From an uncultured Desulfocapsa sp. (lineage in GTDB: Bacteria; Desulfobacterota; Desulfobulbia; Desulfobulbales; Desulfocapsaceae): 64,000 bases of DNA. Positions 28,893-39,000 of the stretch are shown here, piece by piece. How positions within the stretch are numbered: the stretch's first letter is position 1; every line of letters begins with the position of its first letter. Below the pieces are notes generated by a model, which did no database searches, was not told the origin of the DNA, and saw nothing but the letters and a program-made list of their open reading frames with translations. Both the position numbers and the translations under genes were made by a program. The stretch lies in the NCBI GenBank assembly GCA_964409855.1, contig CAYPEU010000001.1, forward strand, positions 10,006-74,005. Direction: 5' to 3'.

Positions 28893-28974
28893 TTCTCCCT
28901 TTCCTGGCCGGTCTGGTCGTTTTTTACGCTTACACTGAAAATAAAACAATACGTTAGACAAGGAAGAAGAAACT

Positions 28975-30351
28975 ATGGCACGCTTGCATCGGAAACAAAG
29001 AAAAAAATCATCCTCCCTTCGTTTTTTTCTGATCATCAGCCTGCTCCTTGCTGCTGCAGCGGCATATGGCTACGTCACCTATTTTGAAGGGGACAAGCCA
29101 ATGATCGAGGGAAAGGCACTCCCTTCCCACATAGGAAAGAAAACTCCCCTTTCGTTTTCTGTCTCTGACGATAAAAGCGGTCTTCGTGACCTCCGGATAG
29201 TGATTGTTCAGGGCGATAAGGAAAAAGAGGTTTTCAGTAAAAGTTTTTCCCGTAAGGGAAATGGTCCCGTTGCAGGACCGAGCAGGGAAGAGATTGTTGT
29301 AAATCTTGATCCAAAAGCCCTTGGTTTGCAGGATGGAGAAGCTGTGATTGCAGTACAGGCCAGGGACTTTTCCTTCCGCGGACTGCTCAAGGGAAACTTA
29401 AGTGAACTCCTGCATACCGTCATTGTCGACACCAAAGCCCCTCGAATCAGTATTGTTCACAGTGAACGTTATATTATCCCTGGAGGTGCAGGAATCGTCA
29501 TTTACCAGGTGGATGACAGTGTGAAGCATGGGGTTCTCTTTAATGGGAATAACCACCCCGGCTTTCCACTCACTGACGCTTCTGAAAAGCGTTACATTGC
29601 CTACATCGCCCTGCCCTTTTCGACCAAGTCCATTACAGAGGCAGCAGTTGTAGCAGAAGACGCAGCAGGAAACCGGTCCGTCAAACCCTTTGCTCCTGTA
29701 TTAAAAAATCCGAACCATAAAAAGGATCGCATTACTATTCCTGACAGCTTCCTCTCCAGAAAAATCCCCGAATTTGAGGAACATTACCCTGAAATGGAGG
29801 GAGATAACCTGCAGAAATATCTCTATGCCAATCGTGAAGTGCGCAAGATGAACAATCAGAAGATCCATGACCTGTGTATGAACCCAAGCCCCAAACAACT
29901 CTGGTCAGGCAAATTTTATCGTATGCCGGGAAGCGGCAGGGCAGGATTTGCCGATCACCGCACCTACTACTACAAGGATAAAGCAATAGACAAACAGGTT
30001 CACCTGGGGATGGATATCGCGTCAACGCAACATGCTGAGATCAAGGCTGCCGGTTCAGGGACTGTGATCTATGGTGACTACCTTGGTATATACGGCAATA
30101 TGGTCATGCTTGATCATGGTCAGGGTGTATACAGCCTCTACTCCCACCTGAGTCAGATCAATGTCTCTCCAGGAGACACTCTAAATCAGGGTGACCTGCT
30201 CGGTTATTCCGGCACCAGCGGTATGGCCGGAGGCGACCATCTCCATTTTTCCATGCTGGTGAACGGTATTTTTGTTACTCCCAAGGAATGGTGGGATCAG
30301 CACTGGATCTCTGTTACCATCGATGAACCAGTGCTGGATGCAAAATTCTAG
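28975..30351 (+). CDS. M23 family metallopeptidase, membrane-anchored
   Basis: N-terminal TM segment, HLGMD (HxxxD), YSHL, HLHF. Confidence 0.88.
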   Translation: MARLHRKQRKKSSSLRFFLIISLLLAAAAAYGYVTYFEGDKPMIEGKALPSHIGKKTPLSFSVSDDKSGLRDLRIVIVQGDKEKEVFSKSFSRKGNGPVAGPSREEIVVNLDPKALGLQDGEAVIAVQARDFSFRGLLKGNLSELLHTVIVDTKAPRISIVHSERYIIPGGAGIVIYQVDDSVKHGVLFNGNNHPGFPLTDASEKRYIAYIALPFSTKSITEAAVVAEDAAGNRSVKPFAPVLKNPNHKKDRITIPDSFLSRKIPEFEEHYPEMEGDNLQKYLYANREVRKMNNQKIHDLCMNPSPKQLWSGKFYRMPGSGRAGFADHRTYYYKDKAIDKQVHLGMDIASTQHAEIKAAGSGTVIYGDYLGIYGNMVMLDHGQGVYSLYSHLSQINVSPGDTLNQGDLLGYSGTSGMAGGDHLHFSMLVNGIFVTPKEWWDQHWISVTIDEPVLDAKF

Positions 30352-30388
30352 CAAAAGGAGACAACCATTGCAGAAGGGGTTGCCTGCC

Positions 30389-30556
30389 TCAATCCTCCAC
30401 CTCGTAATCGGGTTTTCCGCAGAGTTTGCAGCGCAGCGTGGGCTCATCTTTATCAAAGATATACTCCCAGTTTTTTGCCCTGATCTCTTCTTCACGTTCA
30501 CGACCACAGGCTATACAGACCCAGATATCCCCGTCTTCTGTCTCAAATAAGTGCAT
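30389..30556 (-). CDS. Small acidic CxxC...CxxC protein (55 aa), absent from the ORF track
   Basis: Manual translation MHLFETEDGDIWVCIACGREREEEIRAKNWEYIFDKDEPTLRCKLCGKPDYEVED. GAGGG RBS upstream. Fills an intergenic gap. Confidence 0.75.
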   Translation of the reverse strand: MHLFETEDGDIWVCIACGREREEEIRAKNWEYIFDKDEPTLRCKLCGKPDYEVED

Positions 30557-30799
30557 ATGTTACCCTCGTTGGCTGAGTTAATTTGGTCGTTGCATACACC
30601 ATATCATTCCTTTTCACAAGGCTTACAGGGTTGCAGGTACATCTTTACAGGATGGCTTCAAAATGTATTCGATCTGTTTTTCGTTTTCTTGCCACTTCTT
30701 TCTTGTGGCCTTTACCATTTTTCTGTAAATTCGAACACCAAACGCCATGCAAAACAACTGCAGGTTCGAACCTTCACCCCCACTGACCGCTAAAAAAAG

Positions 30800-32299
30800 A
30801 TGCCTCGATCGATAAGGTTTCCAAAACTGCTCTACAGCTATCTGGCCACAGAGATGCTGGCTCCCTTTCTCGCCAGTTTTCTTATCATGAACAGTGTCTT
30901 TTTTCTGGTCAAACTCATTCCCTTTCTCAATGTGGTCCTGGAGTTGGAGATCGGTTTTGCCGATTTTGTCCGTCTCTTTCTTTATCTCTTCCCCAACATG
31001 TTCCTTTACTCCATACCCATGGCTGCGATGATGGGGGTTATTATCGGCTTTACTCGACTGGCCAGTGACACTGAGATCCTCGCCTTTAAGGCAAACGGAA
31101 TCAGTTTGTACCAGATCCTGCCGCCGGTTATTCTTGTTTCCGCAGCCATTGCCCTGCTCACCGGCTATTTTTCGATCACCTTGATCCCCAAGGCTGAAAT
31201 TTCCATGAAACAACTCATGTTTCAGCTGGCAAAAGAAAAAATTGACAAAGGCATCAAGGAGGACCAATTCACCGAAGCTCTGGGCGACCTCGTTGTCTAC
31301 GTCGACTCCATTGATAAGGAGAGCGGTGAATGGAAGAATGTCTGGGTATCAGACATGAGAGGACAGGTGAATCCGATCATAACCATGGCCCAGTCCGGCA
31401 CCATGAATGCCGAGATCGACACGATGTCGGTATCCATAACTCTAAACAATGGCAGCCTGCATCGTCCTGATAATCTGCGTTCCCAGATTATCAGCTTTGC
31501 TCGTTATACCATCAATATCCCTTTGCAACCGCCCACGATCCTGGATGGAGAAGACGTGACACAGCTCTCTGCAGGATCGATGACCATGAGCCAGTTGCAG
31601 GAATCCGCCACAGTCTTTGGCCGTGGCAGTCCCGAAGGACGCGAGCGGTTGATGCAGTACCATAAGCGCCTGGTGCTTCCTGTTGGCTGTTTTATTCTTA
31701 GTCTCCTTGGACTACCCTTGGGACTGCAGGCCGGGCCTGGGAGAAAGGCGGCTGGTGTCCCCCTGGGTTTAGGGTTCTTTATCCTCTACTATATTCTTTT
31801 TACCCTGGGAAAGGTCTCGGTGGAGAAAGGGAGCGCATCAGTCTTGGTTGCCATGTGGACTCCCAATATCATCTTTCTCTTCATCTCAGGCTATTTCATC
31901 AGACAGGCTGCCAATGAACACCCAATCATACCGACAAAACTCAAGAATAATGTTGCTGCCTTCTATGACCGTATGCTTTCTCCCAACCTGCAGAAGTTGA
32001 AAATATTTTCATTTAAAGACAGCAAGAAGATACCACCAGGAAGACCTCTGACGAGGCCCCCTGTGCAGCGAAAATTGTCAAGCGGTCAACTCGGTCCCAA
32101 TCACCTTACTGAAGGCACGGTACATGGAAATGTTAAAAGCCATGTTTTTCACCTGCCCGGCTGTGAGTTTTACAATTGCAGAGCCTGCTCAATAGAATTC
32201 AAAAACGTGGAAGTTGCGAGACAATCCGGCTTTAAAGCCTGCCGTTTTTGTGCAACGTTGCTGGAAAAAGAAAGGTCAGAGGGGAACAGCGAACAATAG
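30800..32299 (+). CDS. lptF: LPS export permease LptF/LptG family with C-terminal Cys-rich extension
   Basis: TM helices, RLASDTEILAFKANGIS, HKRL, AMWTPN. Extra tail with FHLPGC...GFKACRFC. Confidence 0.85.
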   Translation: MPRSIRFPKLLYSYLATEMLAPFLASFLIMNSVFFLVKLIPFLNVVLELEIGFADFVRLFLYLFPNMFLYSIPMAAMMGVIIGFTRLASDTEILAFKANGISLYQILPPVILVSAAIALLTGYFSITLIPKAEISMKQLMFQLAKEKIDKGIKEDQFTEALGDLVVYVDSIDKESGEWKNVWVSDMRGQVNPIITMAQSGTMNAEIDTMSVSITLNNGSLHRPDNLRSQIISFARYTINIPLQPPTILDGEDVTQLSAGSMTMSQLQESATVFGRGSPEGRERLMQYHKRLVLPVGCFILSLLGLPLGLQAGPGRKAAGVPLGLGFFILYYILFTLGKVSVEKGSASVLVAMWTPNIIFLFISGYFIRQAANEHPIIPTKLKNNVAAFYDRMLSPNLQKLKIFSFKDSKKIPPGRPLTRPPVQRKLSSGQLGPNHLTEGTVHGNVKSHVFHLPGCEFYNCRACSIEFKNVEVARQSGFKACRFCATLLEKERSEGNSEQ

Positions 32300-32302
32300 A
32301 AT

Positions 32303-32914
32303 TCACTTCGCCTCATCTATGGCCTTCTTTAAGGCGGCAATGTGTACATACCCTGCAAAATGCACGGGACTCTTTCCTGAAACCGGATCAAAGCCACTGG
32401 GATCTGCGCAACAGAAATATTGTACCTGCCTGGGAAGACGGATGAGTACCTCCTCTACGGAACAACCGATATACTCCTGCAGCGCATCCCAGGTGGCACC
32501 ACAAGGGGCACCGCGCAGGACCTGGATCTCAACAATTTTATCATTGTCCAGAGCAACCTTGTATTCAGGCAGACCAAATTTGTCACCATAGGTACCCAGC
32601 TTGTCGTTTCTCCCCAGACCACAACAGGTGAAAGGGGTAAAGCCGGCACCTTTTTTCCCTGCAGAAACAACAGGTATCCCCTTCTCTTCACAGAGTGCGA
32701 TCAGGCGGTGCACCAGATCCGGATGCTTCAGGAAGTTCAAAACCAGATCGGCAGTAAAATCTTCATTGATGAACTCCCCTGGCTCTTCTATGAAATCAGG
32801 CAAAAATTCATCAATTGAAACAATTTCAGTGATGGTTATCCCTTCGCCAAAATGCTGTACACCTTCTATCTTGTGCACCCCTGAGCCACGTTCCTGAAAA
32901 ACGATTATTTCCAT
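32303..32914 (-). CDS. DUF166-like protein
   Basis: LPDFIEEP, HPDL, FTCCGL, FGLPE, VLRGAPCGAT. GGAGG RBS before ATG 32914. Confidence 0.65.
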   Translation of the reverse strand: MEIIVFQERGSGVHKIEGVQHFGEGITITEIVSIDEFLPDFIEEPGEFINEDFTADLVLNFLKHPDLVHRLIALCEEKGIPVVSAGKKGAGFTPFTCCGLGRNDKLGTYGDKFGLPEYKVALDNDKIVEIQVLRGAPCGATWDALQEYIGCSVEEVLIRLPRQVQYFCCADPSGFDPVSGKSPVHFAGYVHIAALKKAIDEAK

Positions 32915-32993
32915 TTTTCCTCCCTGCATAATCACCCTTGGCAACAGAGTGAAACAAAAATACGCAAGCTGTTGAATACAGTATTCTTTTGCC

Positions 32994-33022
32994 TTGACAG
33001 TGAAAAATCATCAATATAGACT
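32994..33022 (+). promoter_or_regulatory. Near-consensus sigma70 promoter about 320 nt upstream of the roadblock-like genes
   Basis: TTGACA-N17-TAGACT. Confidence 0.6.
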
Positions 33023-33341
33023 AAACCCTAAGCACAGGTGTCTTTATTGAAAGTACCTCTTTAATTAACGATGCTATTTTTTTGTTTTTTACCATAACAG
33101 CAGAAAGATACTTGTAATGTTCTAAAAACAATAGAAAAGAGACCAATAAAAGGAATTTTCTATTTTCAAAATAAGCAGTGTACGGTCAAACTGCAAGGTA
33201 AGCGACGAACAGTGTTCCCTCCCTTCTCACCAAGCAAGACAAACACTTTCATGGGGCAAGTGCAGATTCCTTTTTTTGACCTACCTGCAACTGTGTTCTT
33301 TTACCATACGTTAATTATACAGATATTACAGTGAGGGCTCA

Positions 33342-34016
33342 ATGGATTATGAGGCAAAGCTTTCCGATATTATAGCCAGTCTCCCTGAAATAGAGGGAGG
33401 ATTTCTCTATTCTCCTGACAGTGGCATTTACGCAAACCAGGCAACAGGGCTGGCAAGTGATGACGGCCTTTTCCAGGTTGCCCTGAAATTCTCTAAGATC
33501 TTTTCTCTCCTTTCTGTCCATTTTCACGATACAGGGAACTTTCGGGCAACCTTCAAAGATCTTGTTCTTTTCGGCATGCTTGTTGACCAAGACCACTGGA
33601 TGTTTTTGTTTCACCGTCCTACCCTTTCTCCCACCATGCTCAATATGACGGTCCAGTTGGCCTTACACATTGAAACAGATGAAGTGGAACAAGGTGAACC
33701 CCTGGAGGAAGTTCCTGCACCTCCCGAAGCTGAATCCCATACTGATGCCGTTGGAGAGGACATCCTGACAAATCTCCTGGCTCCTGAATCAGAACTGAGC
33801 AAACCTCTGAACAAAATCAGGGATGAACTGGCCAAGTATATCGGTCCAGTGGCAGAGCTGGTCTTTGAAGAATCTACAGCCGAGTGGGCATCCAACTCCC
33901 CTCCAACAGTAGCAGCCCTCCCTGAACTGATGCGCGTCTTTGAAGAAGAGATTGATGATGACAACGACCGCAGAACATTCAAAGAGGCCCTGAAACCCTT
34001 TTTAGCAGAGGTATAA
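33342..34016 (+). CDS. Hypothetical protein: Roadblock/LC7-like N-terminal domain, acidic linker, helical C-terminal domain
   Basis: LPEIEGGFLYSPDSG start resembles the roadblock fold. C-terminal LAKYIGPVA motif. GAGGG RBS. Confidence 0.7.
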   Translation: MDYEAKLSDIIASLPEIEGGFLYSPDSGIYANQATGLASDDGLFQVALKFSKIFSLLSVHFHDTGNFRATFKDLVLFGMLVDQDHWMFLFHRPTLSPTMLNMTVQLALHIETDEVEQGEPLEEVPAPPEAESHTDAVGEDILTNLLAPESELSKPLNKIRDELAKYIGPVAELVFEESTAEWASNSPPTVAALPELMRVFEEEIDDDNDRRTFKEALKPFLAEV

Positions 34017-34020
34017 TAGT

Positions 34021-34353
34021 ATGGCGACAGCAAAAGATTTTTCCCAGCTAGGTGATATTGAAGGGGTTTCCCAGTTCATTCTGGTTCGTAATGACGGCTA
34101 CGTGGTGAGTGAAAATTTTGATGACGCTGTTTCTCTCTCTTCAGCAATCATAAGCTGTGGTAAGCACTGCGACAGTCTTGCTGATAATCTCGGAGGAAGA
34201 CGTTATATCCATTTCTGTGTGGAACGAAGCTCCGGTGAAAACATCCTTGTTTTTTCCCTGGGACGCTACTATCTGGGGATTATCAAGCATCCGGACAGTG
34301 ACCCGCAGATTGTGGCAGACTCGATTATTGCCTTCTTGAAAACGCTATCCTGA
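34021..34353 (+). CDS. Roadblock/LC7 (MglB-like) protein
   Basis: LGDIEGVSQFILVRNDG pattern, 110 aa, GAGG RBS. Confidence 0.7.
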   Translation: MATAKDFSQLGDIEGVSQFILVRNDGYVVSENFDDAVSLSSAIISCGKHCDSLADNLGGRRYIHFCVERSSGENILVFSLGRYYLGIIKHPDSDPQIVADSIIAFLKTLS

Positions 34354-34383
34354 ATTGTTCTCTCAACAAAAAGAGCAGACATT

Positions 34384-35991
34384 ATGAAGTTGCCCAGCGC
34401 AGAAGAAATGCGCAGCCTTGATCAATGCGCCATCAATGAATACCACATTCCTGGAATTGTGCTGATGGAAAATGCCGGACTGGGGACAGTTCGGATGATG
34501 GAAAATGAGCTGGGGCCGGCAGCAAATTCTTTTGCCCTGATTTTCATCGGTCCCGGCAATAATGGTGGTGATGGCCTGGTGATAGGCCGCCATCTCCATC
34601 AACGTGGCTGCGAACCGATTTTCTTTTTCCTTGTCGATCCCGACCTGCTCAAGGGCGATGCTGCAGCCAACATGGCCATTGTCCGTAAGCTTCGGCTCCC
34701 CTATCATGTAATCGATTCCAAGGCGCGGGTGCAGACCCTTCCTGTTCTCTACAAACAGTTCATCAGCCGGGGAAAACCCTGCTATGCCATTGTCGATGCC
34801 CTTTTCGGTACCGGTCTTGCCCGTCCGGTGTCCGATCAATTTTCAGAAACTATCAATTTTATCAACGATTCCGAATTGCTGCACGGAATTCCGGTGGTGG
34901 CCGTTGATATTGCCTCTGGCATGGATTCCGACAACGGGAAAATATTGGGAGGCTGCATTCACGCTGATTACACTGCGACTTACGCATGTGCCAAACCTGG
35001 CCATATCCTCCACCACGGTCCGGAAAACACCGGCGAGCTGCATATTATTGATATCGGCATCCCTCCTGAAGCAGTAGTCAGGGCAAAGATCACCACCGAA
35101 CTGCTGGACCAGGATGCTGCAACATCACTGGTGTCCCCTCTCCGGCGCATCGACAATGTCCACAAAGGAAGTCATGGCCATCTTGCTGTTCTTGCCGGCT
35201 CCATAGGTAAAACCGGGGCCGCTACCCTTGCAGTAAAAGGTGCTTTACGGACAGGAAGCGGTCTGGTCAGTCTGTTTACCCCCAAAGCCCTGAACGCTGT
35301 CTTTGAGATCATGCTGGTGGAAGCCATGACTATTCCCGTCCCTTCCTCTACTCCGTATCTAGGAATCAACGACCTCAGCTCAATCAAGGAGGGCCTGGAC
35401 GGAAAAAGGGGGATCATCCTTGGGCCGGGGATGGGTACAGAACAGGCAACTGCCGAGCTTATTCTTGAACTGTATGAGAGTGTTACCTTACCCATGGTCC
35501 TTGATGCTGACGCACTGAATATCCTGGCAGACAACAGTGAATCTCTAGGCGTTGCAGCAGGACCGAGAATTTTCACCCCCCATCCCGGAGAGATGGCTCG
35601 ACTCCTTGGCTGTACCACCAGCGAAGTTCAGGAAGATCGCATGCGCGCTGCTCAGGAAGCGTGCAGGACATACAGCAAAAAAAGAAATGACTGCATCATG
35701 ATCCTGAAAGGGGCCGGGACCATTATCACCTCTTCAGGCGGCAGTACCTTCATCAATACCAGCGGCAACCCGGGAATGGCTACCGGCGGGATGGGCGATG
35801 TGTTAACCGGAATTATCGGTGGTCTGCTCTGCCAGGGATTCGGCTGTGAGGAGGCCGCTGCGGCAGGGGTTTTACTCCATGGTCTGGCAGGAGATTCACT
35901 TTATCAGCAACATGGCTTCGGCTATACTGCCACCGAGTTGGCCGACAGGCTGCCGCAATGCATAAACTCCATCCTTCACCCTGCTGCCTGA
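34384..35991 (+). CDS. nnr: Bifunctional NAD(P)H-hydrate epimerase/dehydratase
   Basis: LMENAG, GPGNNGGDG, DALFGTG, HKG, DADAL, TPHPGE, GGMGDVL. Confidence 0.93.
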   Translation: MKLPSAEEMRSLDQCAINEYHIPGIVLMENAGLGTVRMMENELGPAANSFALIFIGPGNNGGDGLVIGRHLHQRGCEPIFFFLVDPDLLKGDAAANMAIVRKLRLPYHVIDSKARVQTLPVLYKQFISRGKPCYAIVDALFGTGLARPVSDQFSETINFINDSELLHGIPVVAVDIASGMDSDNGKILGGCIHADYTATYACAKPGHILHHGPENTGELHIIDIGIPPEAVVRAKITTELLDQDAATSLVSPLRRIDNVHKGSHGHLAVLAGSIGKTGAATLAVKGALRTGSGLVSLFTPKALNAVFEIMLVEAMTIPVPSSTPYLGINDLSSIKEGLDGKRGIILGPGMGTEQATAELILELYESVTLPMVLDADALNILADNSESLGVAAGPRIFTPHPGEMARLLGCTTSEVQEDRMRAAQEACRTYSKKRNDCIMILKGAGTIITSSGGSTFINTSGNPGMATGGMGDVLTGIIGGLLCQGFGCEEAAAAGVLLHGLAGDSLYQQHGFGYTATELADRLPQCINSILHPAA

Positions 35992-36008
35992 TGGTTCATA
36001 TCAAGGAA

Positions 36009-39000
36009 CTAGAAGAGTGAAAGCTGTTTTGCAGCCGACTTCTTTTTTTTCAATTTTCTCTTTTTCCCATGACATAGTTGAAGAAATTCTCCAGGGATCT
36101 CCTGGAGAAAAGGTGATGGATCAAATATCGCCTTCTTGCCGTAGACCTGACGTGTCACAGATCTGGAAAGAATGAGTTGTTCCTTTGCCCTGGTCATGGC
36201 CACATAAAAGAGCCGTCTCTCCTCCTCCACCTCCTCTTTGTCCATAGATTGCCGGGAAGGAAGAATTCCATCTTCTACGCCTATAATAATAACAACAGGA
36301 AACTCCAAGCCTTTGGATGCGTGAATAGTCATAAGCGTCACTTTTTCAGCACGTTCATCATAGAGGGTGGCCTGAGAGTTATTGCGCAGATAGGTAAAAA
36401 AGGCCTGCAGATCTGTACCAAAGAGTGAAGCAAGGGAGAGGAAACGGGAGATCTGTTCATCTCTGGTCTTCTCTTCTCTCAGACACTCTTTCAGGGCTGT
36501 GGTAATTCCATGGGCCTGTGCCTGTTCAGTAAAATTGGAGAGTTGCCTGCGTAACAGTTCTATTCTTTTTGCACTCTTCTTTAGAGAGACCTCCCCTGCA
36601 ATATCCCAGAACAGCAAAGGAGTACAGTCATAGGGTAAAGCCTTTTCAATTGTTGCCAGGCTGGTCTCTCCAATTCCCGGCAGCTGTTTGAGAAACTGCA
36701 GATAATCGGAGAGTTGATCCGAGCCTGCGGCACAGCAAATCCGGTAATAGAGACCAAGTACCTCTCCTTTCATATAAAAGGGGCGTTTGCCGATGATTTG
36801 AAATGGCAAGGCTTTTTCCTCAAGAACAGAGACAAGGGAATCTGCCATCTTTGCAGAACGATAGAGGATGGCAATATCTGAAAAGGAATATTCAGACTGC
36901 TGCATATTTCCTCGTTGACTCCGCTCAATATCCCGGTGTGAGGTGCCGCCAATCAACTCTACTATCATGTTGGCAAGAAGATGTGCCTCCTGTTTTTCAG
37001 ATGGTGAAACATGGAGCTGAATAGGAGGAGACGCTGTCTGAGTTGCTGTTAACGCGACACGAGGAAGCGGGGCCGGATTATGACCAATCACTGCCATGGC
37101 CCCCTGAATCACACTCTTTGGCGACCTGTAATTTCGCCTTAACTCAGTACGAAAACAGGGAAACTCTTTGGGAAAGGAGTAAAAGAACTCTGGGTGGCTC
37201 CCTCGAAAACCGTAGATGGATTGGTCAGGATCTCCAATGGCAAAGATATGGGCAAACCGGGCACATTGCCTGATCACTTCATACTGCAGCTGGTTGAGGT
37301 CCTGAAATTCATCCACATAAAGGGTGGACAAGGTCTGTTCAAATTCTCCCCTTAGGGGACCGCAAAGAATATCTTCTAGAAATTTCCGGGTTACACCATC
37401 AAGGTCGACACGTTGCTCTTTCTTCAGCAGATCAAGATAAACCCTTACCTGACCATTGGCCGGAGAAGTGACAGGAGAAGAGAGAGAGGCGTGGATATCT
37501 TGGACGAGTCTCCTTCTCTCGGTCTGATTCAACTCAGGGAAAAGTCTCCTCAGAAAAAACAGTCGTTCCTCTTCACCAACCACCTGCAGCTGTGGTTGGT
37601 CCTTTTTCAACCAATGGAGGCAAAAGGAATGAAAGGTAGAGGCATGGATCCCTGAACTCCTGTCACCATATTCGTTTTTCAACCTGGATTGCAATTCCTC
37701 TGCAGCCTTGTTGGTAAAGGAAATGCATACGGTCTGCGCCCCGCTTTCTGGAGATTGAGTGAGGAGATAGCCGATACGCTTGATCAGGGTATAGGTCTTG
37801 CCTGTCCCTGGTCCTGCTTGTACCAGGATATGACCGGGAGAATGAAAAATCACCTCTGTCTGCTCAGGATTTGCTGCCATTTTCTCAGCTTTCTCCTTCT
37901 CTTTATTGACAGAAGTCGATACCTGTTTCTCCTTCACCGTGCGGCGAACATTTTTCTGTTTTTTCGATCTCTGTTTTTTTTCTGCAAAGATATCCCCCTG
38001 ACCTGCAAATCTCTCCTTTTCCCCTGGCTGAAAAACGGAGATAACACCAAACTCTCCATCATACCCTGCTCGGCGAATCACCTCTTTCTCCCTTACCCTG
38101 TTCACAGCCTCTGCGAGCAGCGTTGAGTAGTTGTCCCTGATCTCCTGTATTGGGGTGTGCAGAAGAAGGTTCAATTCAGAACCAAACCGTTCAATACATT
38201 TGAGATACTGGAACATGACAGTTTTACTGTTCGGTCCTACTCCGACAATTTCCGAAAGGATTTCAGCCAGGGGGATAAGACTGTATACATCCGGAGATCC
38301 TTCAGGAAACAGGGGTGTCTTACGGTCAGCAAGATCAATCACCCTGGAAAGGACACCAATGGTCATCGGTTTGCCGCATTCCGGACAGATCTCAGAGAGC
38401 TCACGGCTCGTATAGGGATCGCAGCAGTAACTGCACTTGCGATGGCCGTCATGATGATACTTTCCCTCTTCCGGATAAAATTCAACTGTGGCGACAAAGC
38501 GCTGGTTGCCTGTCGTGTCACAGGGATTTTCAATGGCCTTTTTCATTGAGTAATAATCGAATTCAGTCTCAAAGATATTGGCCTCTCGACAGAGCTTGGA
38601 AGGCGAATGGCAGTCGGAATTGGAGATCAGGGTGTATCGATCCAGGGCTGAAACAAGGCGATTCATCTCCGGATCAGAGGAAAGTCCGGTCTCCAGGGCA
38701 AAAATATGGTGGCTGAGATCGCCGAAACAATCTTCAAGGCGGTCAAATCCGGATTTGGAGCCAAACAGGGAAAACCACGGAGTCCAGATGTGGGCTGGGA
38801 CCAAGAAGCCCCCTGGAGCCTTTTCAAGGAGAATCTCCAGCAGGTCACGGGAATCCAGCCCCAGTATCGGTCGGCCATCTGACTCAATATTGCCTATGGC
38901 CGCCAGGGTAGCATTTATACGTTCAGCTGAGGCAAAGTCCGGAACAAAGAGAATATTGTGCACCTTTCTCACCTTTCCGCCCCTTTTGTAAATGGAGCTG

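Noticed and set aside
30623-30748. 41-aa minus-strand ORF (MAFGVRIYRKMVK...) upstream of the CxxC microprotein
   Set aside because: No RBS or motif. Probably a divergent promoter region.
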